A DNA stretch of 36,917 nucleotides from Octopus bimaculoides (GCF_001194135.2 NC_068983.1:48361597-48398513), one strand, 5' to 3'. Shown: positions 11,831-22,208, counted from the first letter of the stretch. The notes: generated by a model not told the origin, from the letters alone. Made by a program: numbers and translations.

Positions 11831-11915
<85 letters not shown>
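11011..11915. repeat. About 900-bp compound trinucleotide array (CCT/CTT, CAT, CAC, ACT, GCT)
   Basis: Directly visible; produces poly-S/F/L/K/E/H/T pseudo-ORFs. Confidence 0.95.
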
Positions 11916-12304
11916 AAGTCACGTGTATGGTTATTATCATTGTTTTGCTATACCTTGTTGATTTTGTTTTCGGACCAATGGCCAATATCTGAAAAGACAT
12001 CCTTTGTATGCAGGAATTCGACAATGAAATTTAGTGATCATAAATATATTAAGGAAATCCGATAAATCACTCGGTTTAAATGGAAGATGAAATCATCGAA
12101 TGCCATTGAAATATATAATCGCAAGTCTGATTCTCAGTAAACAGAACGATTTTTTTTTTCCAAGTATAAGGATTTGTTCCAATGTTTTTTTTTATGTACT
12201 CTACCCGCTTTCCGGAGACGTACTTCCATACTACTATCATTATTACTTTCTGAATTTCCACATCAATATTGTTATATGACGTTTATGATGTTTTGTTATT
12301 TGTT

Positions 12305-12505
12305 TCCTTTTCTTGTTTCAGTTATTTGATTGTGGCCATGTTGAAGCACTGCCTTTAGTCGAAGGAATCAAACGTAGGACTTAATTATTGTGAGCCTAGT
12401 ACTTATTCTATCAGTTTCATTTGGCGAACTGCTAGATTACGGGGACGTAAACACACCAACATCGGTTATCAAGCGGTGTTAGGGGGACAAATACAAACAC
12501 ACAAA
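12305..12505 (-). mobile_element. SINE family A, 3' half
   Basis: Reverse complement of 22010-22200 (CCTAGTACTTATTCTATC...GGGGACGTAAACACACC...GGGGGACAAA). Confidence 0.8.
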
Positions 12506-12525
12506 CATATACGTACATACTTATG

Positions 12526-13205
12526 TATATATATATATAAGTATGCATGTATATGTTTGTGTGTCTGTGATTGTCTCGTCACTGTCACTTGACAACCGTG
12601 CGAAACTACGATGATANNNNNNNNNNNNNNNNNNNNNNNNNNNNNNNNNNNNNNNNNNNNNNNNNNNNNNNNNNNNNNNNNNNNNNNNNNNNNNNNNNNN
12701 NNNNNNNNNNNNNNNNNNNNNNNNNNNNNNNNNNNNNNNNNNNNNNNNNNNNNNNNNNNNNNNNNNNNNNNNNNNNNNNNNNNNNNNNNNNNNNNNNNNN
12801 NNNNNNNNNNNNNNNNNNNNNNNNNNNNNNNNNNNNNNNNNNNNNNNNNNNNNNNNNNNNNNNNNNNNNNNNNNNNNNNNNNNNNNNNNNNNNNNNNNNN
12901 NNNNNNNNNNNNNNNNNNNNNNNNNNNNNNNNNNNNNNNNNNNNNNNNNNNNNNNNNNNNNNNNNNNNNNNNNNNNNNNNNNNNNNNNNNNNNNNNNNNN
13001 NNNNNNNNNNNNNNNNNNNNNNNNNNNNNNNNNNNNNNNNNNNNNNNNNNNNNNNNNNNNNNNNNNNNNNNNNNNNNNNNNNNNNNNNNNNNNNNNNNNN
13101 NNNNNNNNNNNNNNNNNNNNNNNNNNNNNNNNNNNNNNNNNNNNNNNNNNNNNNNNNNNNNNNNNNNNNNNNNNNNNNNNNNNNNNNNNNNNNNNNNNNN
13201 NNNNN

Positions 13206-13293
<88 letters not shown>

Positions 13294-13370
13294 AGTATGC
13301 ATGTATATGTTTGTGTGTCTGTGATTGTCTCGTCACTGTCACTTGACAACCGTGCGAAACTACGATGATA
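12526..13370. other. 91-bp direct duplication on both sides of a gap (12526-12616 and 13280-13370)
   Basis: The identical string AAGTATGCATG...CGAAACTACGATGATA precedes the gap and recurs after it; probably an unmerged contig overlap. Confidence 0.7.
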
Positions 13371-13444
13371 TTTTAGTTCATTGACTGGCGAGGAAATCTC
13401 AGCTACGAATATTCTGTGTAACGTGTCTTTGTCTATGTTCTCTG

Positions 13445-13730
13445 TCCTTTAAGTTTTAGTGTAGTTTCCTGTTTGCTCTACTCTCGTATAACTTTTTCTT
13501 CTTGTTGTTGTTCTGTCCTCAGTCCTCTCTTCCAAGGAGCTGACATCCATTTCACACTTGGACTAGTTTTGCAAGTGTCCTTATATCTCAGTTTTGGTCT
13601 TCCTCTTGGTCTGACCACAAAGAAAAGATTGTTTTCAAGAAAATTCAATTTTCTTGAGAACAATCGTTTCTTAGTGGTCAGACCATAGGTGGGCTTCTTC
13701 TAGCATAATGGATGTCCACTTAGTGGTCAT
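13445..13730 (-). mobile_element. RTE-clade LINE 3' ORF fragment
   Basis: Minus strand reads RPRGRPKLRYKDTCK...(fs)KCEMDVSSLEERTEDR, matching the RTE C-terminal R-x-x-GRP-x-x-R-Y/W-x-D motif. Confidence 0.7.
13607..13685. repeat. 79-bp palindrome (39-bp arms, 3 mismatches, 1-nt centre)
   Basis: TGGTCTGACCACAAAGAAAAGATTGTTTTCAAGAAAATT-C-AATTTTCTTGAGAACAATCGTTTCTTAGTGGTCAGACCA. Confidence 0.9.
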
Positions 13731-14583
13731 CCTTCTTATATGTATGTAATATAATTTTTCTGAATCTTAAGATTTTATAATATACTAGGCCACTGGTTTT
13801 AAATTGATATTAATCAAATATTCAATTTTTCACCTTTATTATTTAANNNNNNNNNNNNNNNNNNNNNNNNNNNNNNNNNNGAATCCAAAATTACAGGTAA
13901 AATCTCAATTAAAATCTATTTATAAAAAATTAAAATTAAATTGAGCTTTACAGATTAAAATATATATAAATATAGAGTTTTAGGGAAAAGAACCAAGTTT
14001 CAAGAACTCATCGATGAAAATTCACTATCACATATAGAAAAATTAATAATTAAAAGCACAATAGATGTGTATAATATAATACAAAGTAAATATCATAAGA
14101 TAAAGATAATAATAATAAAGATATATATATGTACACATGTACCTACACGTACATTTGTGAAAATAATTCTAAACATTTAAGGTGCAACTGTTTTCAGTTG
14201 TTAATTTAAATTACTGCTATAGTGGGTTATACTGAAATTAAATTTGAAAATTTTCTTTGGCCTATTCGAAAATGATATTATTGCAGCTCTGTTTCGTAGA
14301 CCCTGTGGTCTGAAGGCAGTTGCCATATATCTTATTCCACACCTGCATCATGAAATATTGAAACGGTGTCATTTATACATTACATCTGTAAACTTGTTTA
14401 GCAATTATTCACAAATTTATTACGCCATGTATGAATAATTTAGCGATTATATTTATCCTGACCACAAGTTCGAGAATACATTATTTGACAATACATACTA
14501 CTGCTAAAGTGGAATATTTGTATAATGAATTGATACTTTAGGAAAGAGCGCTATTTGTAGAACATTTTGTAGTTTGATAAGGT

Positions 14584-15018
14584 AATAATCCTTTCTACTA
14601 TAGGCACAAGACCTGCAGTTTCAGGAGAGGAGGATAATCGCTCACATCGACCCCAGTGTTACCCTGGTAGTTAGTTTATCGACCCCAAAAGTATGAAATA
14701 CAAATTCGACCTCAGCGGAATTTGAACTCGGAATGTAAAGACAGACGAAATACTGCTAAGCATTTCACCCGGCGAGCTAACGTTTCTTATGTCTTTACTG
14801 CTCACAAGAGGCTAAACATAGAGGGGACAAACAAGGACAGACAAATGGATTAAGTCGATTATATCGACCCTACTGCGTAACTGGAACTTATTTAATCGAC
14901 CCCGAAAGGGTGAAAGGCAAAGTCGACCTCGGCGGAATTTGAACTCAGAACGTAAGGACAGACGAAATACCGCTAAGCTTTTCGCCCGGCGTACTAACGT
15001 TTCTGCCAGCTCGCCGCC
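14584..15018 (-). mobile_element. Dimeric SINE family C (full C2 monomer joined to 5'-clipped C1 monomer)
   Basis: Two tandem tRNA-like heads, each followed by a CCTTTCA..CCTTTCGGGGTCGAT-like body (Meta/beta-domain-like, from memory). The junction CGTTTC|TTATGTCTTT is at about 14786. Confidence 0.85.
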
Positions 15019-15405
15019 TTTAGAGTTCTACATAATGTTAAAAAGATGTAATGGCTACGACCAGAAACCGGTCCCAGGTAAGTCTTTTGGATGATACTTA
15101 AACAGTAACAGTAACTGCATCTCTTTAACATATCGTAACCTTTAATAGATGTGACTAACACTCTGCAAAGCACAGAACACATATTAAGTGCTACATCCTT
15201 ACAGTTATATGTAAAATAATACACATACACTAATGAAATATTCGTTGCCGTAGCACAAAAGATACAATTGGCTTATAAGTCCATGAAAGAACGTTTCTCG
15301 CGCGAAATATTTCGATGTCAGTGTCACAGCTATCAGTGGAAATTCGTGGAAATTTGCAACATACACGATTACATATCAAGCATTGAAATGTTTTGTACTA
15401 CAAGG

Positions 15406-15778
15406 AATTCGTGGCACTCCGTCGGTTACGACGATGAGGGTTCCAGTTGATGCGATCAACGGAACAGCCTGCTCGTGAAATTATCGTGAAAGCGGCTGAG
15501 CATTCCACAGACACGTGTACCCTTAACGTAGTTCAGCGTGACACAGTGTGTTACAAGGCTGGCCCTTTTGAAGTACAGGTACAACAGAAACAGGAAGAAA
15601 GAGCGAGAGAAAGTTGTGGTGAAAGAATACAGCAGGGTTCGCCACCATCACCCCTGCCGGAGCCTTGTGGAGCTCTAGGTGTTTTTGCTCAATAAACACT
15701 CAGAACGCCCGGTCTGGGAATCGAAACTGTGATCCTATGACCGCGAGTCCGCTTTTCTAACCACTGGGCCATTGCGCC
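15406..15778 (-). mobile_element. tRNA-derived SINE family B, full length
   Basis: Minus strand begins GGCGCAATGGCCCAGTGG (A-box TGGCCCAGTGG) and has the B-box GTTTCGATTCC. It ends ...GTCGTAACCGACGGAGTGCC. Confidence 0.9.
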
Positions 15779-17876
15779 TCCACACAAGTAATTACATTCA
15801 CATAGAATCTCGAAATCATCTCAGGAGAGAAACTTTCAACATGTCAACTTTCTTGACGCGTCAACGACTCCGTGGGTTATGTCGTCGACAGAGACTACTC
15901 TGTTCCTCTAAAAACCACCATAATCTACATAATATCATTATATTTCTCTTTTTATCCTCCTGCCACTTCAAAAATCATTGATTCATACACTCCACACATT
16001 TTACTAAATCATTGATTCTTATAACTACTTTAAGATACTCTCACGCTCATAGGTGTTAGCCCTCAAAAACTGACTTCCTAAATATAAACTAAACTTTAAT
16101 CCTATTAAACCTACCACACTTACTCCATCAAGACGACTATGAACGACTGAAGAGGCTACTTGTAGTGTCTTCTTAGTCAGAGTAAATTATAGAATTCGTA
16201 TATCAGAAAGTAAATAAAAAAAGAAAACATAAGCGTAATGTAACTGGAATGAATGAAAATTATATATTAGAGGAAACTAAATCTTTTGGATTGTGTTTTT
16301 CTTTTATTAACAATCGAATATCGATAAGTACTTAATGGTCATTTGATGGTACTGCAATTCATATATTTACCAGAATATACTGATACGGTGGTGTTGATTT
16401 GGTTTAAAAAGAGTTTTAAACGGTTACGTTTTCTCGACTACCATATAATTCTCAGTATTTGTCTTCATTTTTTTCTGGCTTATTCATGATACTGTTGCTA
16501 TTGTTACTGTTTATTTCCGGTATATTCTGTGCCAAATGACCTTAGCAGGTCATAACTATGTCTAAATTAGTGTGAAATCGATGGCTGAAGTTATTTTAAA
16601 TCAGCGAAAACGAATTTAACAGAACAGCGTTTAAAATCGCTTGATTCATTTATATCTTCGTGTTTGTTTATTTTCCTTTTCACTAATCGGATTCTCGACT
16701 AATAAAATTCTGTCCAACTATCTCGTTTATCGTTGCATTTAAAGTTCGTATCAGCAAGAGAAACAATTGTCTGTACAAAGATTAATTCTGGTTTTGTTTT
16801 TGTATGAAGTTTTCTTGAACTTGCGAACCCCTTCCGAGGCGCACACATCAATCATGTCATTAGTAGCTAGGTAATAGAACCATAAAGATACACTTTAGAC
16901 GAGGATTCCCTGCAAAACACTGCCAAACGTTATTCCACACTACTCGAAGTTAAGGCCATTTGAAGGAATCTTAATATATATTGTTTTAAGTTACGTTTAC
17001 AGTCTAATTTCTAAGACGCTTCCAATACCATAAAAGGTACTTTTTCAAATAGATCATCAAATCCCTTTACCAAAACTATATCTATTAGACTGCTAATCGT
17101 ACTTTCACTTTCCTCATAGAAATAGATTACTTTTGCTTCATTCACCTTATTAATTCTATTTGACCATTTAGCTTTCACACTCTTCACTTAAGGAATGACA
17201 TCTAGTGAGATGCATTCACCATTAACTTTCTACGTGGACGTTAGAGCGTTTTAAGAAATTGTATATCCCGTTACTTACGTTTTTCATTAATTTCCTTTAT
17301 ATATTTCAGTTCATTTGATAAATGAGATTTAGTCATGTAGCTATATTTTTACTTTTACAAATTAACACTTTTTTTCTCTTAAGAACATCACATCGTATCA
17401 ATAGTTAGCCATATGTATACTTTTCTTTTGAACTACATTCAGCACTGGTATTAACGCTTGCTGTGGATATAAAAACATATATTATTTGTCTTTGTCGTTC
17501 ATGAGATGTTGACCTAAAATACGACTAATGTTTGGACAGGTACCGGAAAAGAAAAGAATAATGTTTGGCGTAGGAAACTTTTCAAAGATATGGAGATCCT
17601 CAACTTAAATCATACACATCAGTTTTGTCATAATATTAAACATTGAGATACTAAGTGATAATGACAGTCACCACTAGTTTCATATATTAAGAAATATATT
17701 TCACAAGTGCAGTGGTAGCAATACTAATAATTTCTAAATAGACTCAAGGTCAGCTATTCTGGAAGACCCCCTAAATCGATTGGTGGTTATTTTATCGTAC
17801 ACAAATGGATTAAAGTAAAAAACGACGGCCAGAGTTTCTGATTTTAGGATTCAATTGAAAAAACAAATAAATAAAA

Positions 17877-18292
17877 TATTCTTTTCTACTCTAGGCACAA
17901 GGCCCGCAATTTTTGGAGAGGGGCCCAGTCGATTAGACTGAATCTTAATTTATCGACCTTGAAAGGATGAATGACAAAATCGAACTCGGCGGAATTTGAG
18001 CTCAGAACGTAACAACAGACGAAATACCACTAAGCATTTCGCTCGGCGTGCTCACGTTTCTTATTTCTTTATTGCCCACAAGGGGCTAAACATAGAGAGG
18101 ACAAACAAGGACAGACAAAGAGATTAAATCGTTTACATCGACCCCGGTGTGTAACTGGCACTTAATTTATCGACCCCGAAAGGATTAAAGGCAAAGTCGA
18201 CCTCGGCGGAATTTGAACTCAGAACGGAACAGCATACGAAATCCCGCCAAGCATTTCGCCCGGCGTGCTAACGATTCTGCCAGCTCACCGCC
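17877..18292 (-). mobile_element. Dimeric SINE family C, second copy
   Basis: Same C2-C1 order and same junction (CGTTTC|TTATTTCTTT at 18060/18061) as 14584-15018. Confidence 0.85.
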
Positions 18293-18300
18293 TTGGTTGC

Positions 18301-18331
18301 AGTAGTAGTAGTAGTAATAATAATAATAATG

Positions 18332-18364
<33 letters not shown>

Positions 18365-18437
18365 GTAATAAAGATAATAATAATAATAATAATGAGATTA
18401 ATAATAGCAATAAGACTACTACTACTACTACCGCTAC
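18301..18437. repeat. (TAG)n/(AAT)n/(ACT)n microsatellite
   Basis: Directly visible. Confidence 0.95.
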
Positions 18438-18489
18438 CAATGAACCATGCCCCCATGATTTTGATGCACGGTGGGGGGGGGGAGAATAA

Positions 18490-19140
18490 AGGATCAAACA
18501 GGATGAAAAAAAAATGGACCCGGACCGAGAATGGACAACAAGAAAGGAAGCGGTAAAGGAACGGCAGATGTGGAATTCAGCTGCTGCGGAAAGGTGTTTT
18601 CTAATTACATCGAGCTTAGAATTCACCAAAAGGAAGTGTGTCAGAAGAAAGTGATTCAACAGCGAGGGTTGGAAAACCAGAAGACGTGTGGCCAGAACCT
18701 CCTGGAAAGAAACCATAGAGAAGGTCATTCTACAGTCAAATCGGAACAGAAAAGAAAAGAGATAGGCGTGAAGAAGCCAAAGATTAAATGGCCGAAGGAA
18801 AATGATGCAGCTAGCTATAAGAAATTCGACGACGAGGTAGCAAGAATGACCACCAAAATTCAAATGGACAGGATGGTGATTCACCCGCTGATATTCGTTG
18901 ACGCTGCATCGAAGAAACCAAAGCGTCAAAGGCCCAAAAGGCCAAAGAAAAAAGGATAAGAAAGAACGCATTCAACACCAGAGCTGAAGACGCCACCGAA
19001 AGAGGCGGGGGCCATCACGTCGAAAACGGTAGAAGAGTCGGGGCTGAAACCAGACGTGGTTCCTCCTGATGATGTTTTTATCCACTGGATCCTATAAAGG
19101 AGCTGTTGAGGTAGCGAACCACGAAACGTGATCGGAATTC
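18490..19140 (+). mobile_element. RLE-type (R2-group, HERO-like) non-LTR retrotransposon remnant, apparently internally deleted
   Basis: ORF 18531-18959 has a CCHC-type finger (SCCGKVFSNYIELRIHQKEVC), then NHREGHS and KKPKIKWPKENDAASYKKFDDEV, resembling HERO-type N-termini. No RT domain follows. Confidence 0.55.
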
Positions 19141-19145
19141 CTCCA

Positions 19146-19336
19146 TTCCTTTCTACTATAGACACAGGGCCTGAAACTTAGGGTGAGGAAGCCGTTCGAT
19201 TACATCCACTGGTACTTATTTCATCGACCCCGAAAGGACGGATGACAAAGTCGACTTCGAAATTTTAACTCAAAACCTAAGGATGAACGAAATGCTGCTT
19301 AGCCCGGCTTGCTAAAGATTCTGCCAGCTCGACGCC
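19146..19336 (-). mobile_element. SINE family C monomer (C1 tail)
   Basis: ATTCCTTTCTACTATAGACACAGGGCCTG...ATCGACCCCGAAAGGA...CTGCCAGCTCGACGCC. Confidence 0.8.
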
Positions 19337-19350
19337 TAACATAATAAAAA

Positions 19351-19428
<78 letters not shown>
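19351..19428. repeat. (TAG)n microsatellite
   Basis: Pure trinucleotide run, directly visible. Confidence 0.95.
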
Positions 19429-19429
<1 letters not shown>

Positions 19430-19435
19430 CGTAAT

Positions 19436-19780
19436 TTATGTACATAGAGACCAAATCATCAAAGCTAATAAACCGAATATTGTTGTGAAAGGCCAAGACA
19501 ATAAAATTGGTTTATTGATCGACACTAGCATTCTTTGTGATCACAATATCTCAGTAAAAGAATTTGACAACTCAGTGATTGCTCATTAACAATTTTAAAA
19601 TGTGACATCTCAAGGCCGTTACAATACCAGTAACTGTAAGAACACTTGGAATGATAACAAAAGAAACTGAAAATTATTTGAGAATGATTCCTGGCTTATT
19701 TATCATCGATGCAAGAATTACAAAACACCATTGGAAAATACGAAAACTAAAAGAAGCAGCACATATGCTAGGACACAACA
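19436..19780 (+). mobile_element. R4/Dong-like LINE remnant (restriction-like endonuclease region)
   Basis: Reads HRDQIIKANKPNIVVKGQDNKIGLLIDTSILCDHNISVKEFD...HLKAVTIPVTVRTLGMITKETENYLRMIPG, matching the R/KPD...ID...K...IP(V)(I)GALG pattern of RLE domains. Confidence 0.75.
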
Positions 19781-19892
19781 ACCTCCGATGCAGACCGAGT
19801 GCAGATATAAACAGCATATGAGAACCGGTATTAAGGAAGGATAGGAGAATATTAGATTTATAAGCCATAAAATTCACTCCATAATTGCCCAC

Positions 19893-20129
19893 GGGCATAT
19901 AGCGTAGTGGTTAAGAGCGCAGGTTCGATTCCAGGCAGTGATCTGAATAATAATGATAATAATAATAATGATAATAACAGCAACAACATCGAAAAATACC
20001 TTAGGAATGAGAACTCAGGTTCGAAAATTCCCCAAGACACCTGATGAAGGCTGGAGGGTATATCAGCCGAAACGTTGTGTTAACAACAAACAAGATGAGG
20101 ACAAATATTCGTCAATTGTAAATAATGTA
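19893..20129 (+). mobile_element. tRNA-headed SINE-like element with internal (AAT)n and Penelope-like 3' tail
   Basis: A-box TAGCGTAGTGG (19900-19910), B-box GGTTCGATTCC (19922-19932; anticodon arm deleted in this copy), an AAT tract, then a tail with CTGATGA...CCGAAACGTT. Confidence 0.7.
20036..20081 (+). ncRNA. Putative minimal type I hammerhead ribozyme (dimer-dependent form)
   Basis: Stem I GACAC/GTGTT, core CTGATGA plus one extra A, stem II GGCTG/CAGCC, then GAA. Stem III is reduced to the palindrome ACGT within AACGTT. The predicted GUU cleavage is after 20076. Confidence 0.55.
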
Positions 20130-20149
20130 TGAAAGGTTTTGTAGTCTTT

Positions 20150-20680
20150 TTTGCATAGAAGGAGTATAGACGCAGACACGAGTGTGTCGCCAAGGCATTA
20201 TACTGAGGTATATTATGGCAACAGGGATTTGAAGTAGATACAAAATGGAGCCAACACCCTCCGGTGAGGGTGTCAGAGAATAATGGAACGCTATTATATT
20301 GAACGTTACTGTATTGACTGATGGGGCATTATTGTATTGCCTCTCTGTAAAATTAAAGTAAGACAACCCGATATTATCATGCTGAAGCAGGTATCAAAAG
20401 GGTGCATCGTCATTGCTGTGACAGTGTCTGCTGGTATGAATTACAGAGGTCATAGAACAGTAGATATTAAGAAGATACCAACTTTTGGAGAGAGATGTGC
20501 AAATTCTGCGGAATGCTTCTCCAAAAGCAATCCCAGTACTTATAAACGCCTTGGGTTTCGGTACAAACAGACTTGATAGTTTCGTTGTTGAACTCGGTGT
20601 AACAACAAGAGTTGCATTAATGCCGAAATCTCCTCCATTAAGAATAGAGAGAATTGTTGCAAAGGTCCTCCTCATATAAG
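20150..20680 (+). mobile_element. R4/NeSL-like LINE remnant (RHD motif and RLE domain)
   Basis: Reads EYRRRHECVAKALY*GILW...KWSQHPPVRVSENN...RQPDIIMLKQVSKGCIVI...KAIPVLINALG...RIVAKVL across frameshifts. Confidence 0.75.
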
Positions 20681-20777
20681 GAAAGTGGTTGTGACACGGA
20701 ATCAGTGATATTCATTCCAAATGTACCACATTTCTGCATATCATTAGATGCTAATAATAATAATAATATTAACAATA

Positions 20778-20979
20778 GTTTCAAATGTTGGCACAATGTC
20801 AGAGGAAGGAGTAAATCGATTGCATCGACTTCAGTGCTCAACCAGTATTTATTTTATCGAACCGGAAAGGCTGAAAGGCAAAGTTGGCTACGGTGGAATT
20901 TGAACTCAGAACGTAAAAACGGACGAAATGCCGCAAAGAATTTCGCACGGCGTGCTAACGACTCTACCAGCTCGCCGCC
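20778..20979 (-). mobile_element. SINE family C monomer (C3 tail)
   Basis: Same head and body as other C copies, but the tail reads GTTTCAAATGTTGGCACAATG on the + strand. It is embedded between (AAT)n tracts. Confidence 0.8.
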
Positions 20980-20982
20980 TAC

Positions 20983-21032
20983 ATAATAATGATAATGACA
21001 ATAATAATAGTGATTTCATTTATTTGCCGCAC

Positions 21033-21066
<34 letters not shown>

Positions 21067-21067
21067 C

Positions 21068-21105
<38 letters not shown>

Positions 21106-21146
21106 CATAATAATAATAATAATAATAATAATCATAATAATAATAA
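20983..21146. repeat. (AAT)n microsatellite
   Basis: Directly visible. Confidence 0.95.
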
Positions 21147-21803
21147 AGAGCACCGGGAGAAGTGAAGAATGTCGCAATTCAAATGTGTATTTGTATTGCG
21201 GTTGTTATCATATCGTGTAGAGTTCAACGGAAATACTTTCGACTTGCATCTTTCTCCAATAAGATGTAATGATCTGGGTAACTGAACAATGGATAAAACA
21301 TTAAGAGTATAACGATACATATGACATTAGCAGGCATGAGGCTGGTAGTAAAAGCAAAATCAATATTTCACATATTGTTGATTTCGTTATGAATACTAAA
21401 TTTCAGCAAGCATATTCTCAAAGGCAGCTTATGCAAACAAGACATCCAGAACACTGTTTTGCGGTTAAATAAAGGATGCGCAAACTATTCTTGTTTAAAT
21501 TTAATGTCTTTGTACATTACTGCAACCAGAAGAATGTATATATAATATTATAGTCTTATTTTAAGCAAGATGTACGTTGTTTTCGCCAGTAAGATGTGTG
21601 TGTATGTGTGCGCGTGCGTGTGCGCGTGTGTGTGTGTGTGTGTTGACATATATTGTATTCATCCTTCAGTTTTGTAGATTCCTTCAAGTTTTCTGAGTTG
21701 GACTTAACATTTGCTGAATGTGAAGGGTTTTGGCGGTATTCTCATTAAAATGTTGCTGAATTTCATCACAAATCATTCTGCGTTGCTCAGTAAGTGTAAC
21801 AGT

Positions 21804-22208
21804 AGGCGTAGGACTGGATGTGTGGTAAGCAGCTTGCTTACCAACCACATGGTTCAGTCCCACTGCGTGGCACCTTGGGCAACTTTCTTCTACTATAGCC
21901 TCGGGCTGACCAAAGCTTTGTGAGTGGATTTGGTAGACGGAAACTGAAAGAAGCCCGTCTTATATATATATATATATATATATGTATATGTTTGTGTATG
22001 TGTGTTTGCCCCCCCCCCCCCAACATCACTTGACAACCGATGGTGGTGTGTTTACGTCCCCGTAACTTAGCGGTTCGGCAAAAGAAACTGATAGAATAAG
22101 TACTAGGCTTACAAGAATAAGTCCTACAGTTGCTTTGATCGACTAAAAGGCGCTGATCCAGCATGACCGCAGTCAAATGACTGACACAGGTATAAGTGTA
22201 AGAGTAAG
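21804..22208 (+). mobile_element. SINE family A, full length with internal (TA)/(TG) microsatellite
   Basis: tRNA-like head (GGATGTGTGGTAAG...GGTTCAGTCC), CORE-like CACCTTGGGCAA, internal (TA)n and a short-repeat tail. This is the reference copy for the family in this window. Confidence 0.9.

Noticed and set aside
10947-12024. Long poly-K/E, poly-S and poly-H/T ORFs
   Set aside because: Trinucleotide arrays lack stops in several frames; no splice or composition support.
16147-16175. CTGAAGA-G-GCTAC-TT-GTAGT, like the 5' half of a hammerhead
   Set aside because: No GAAA follows stem II, so the core is incomplete.
19060-19140. CTGATGA...CGAAACGTGATC at the end of the HERO-like remnant
   Set aside because: Stem II closing pair and stems I and III do not pair canonically.
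19893-19935. Possible tRNA gene (also the SINE A, B and C heads)
   Set aside because: No full cloverleaf; these continue into SINE bodies.
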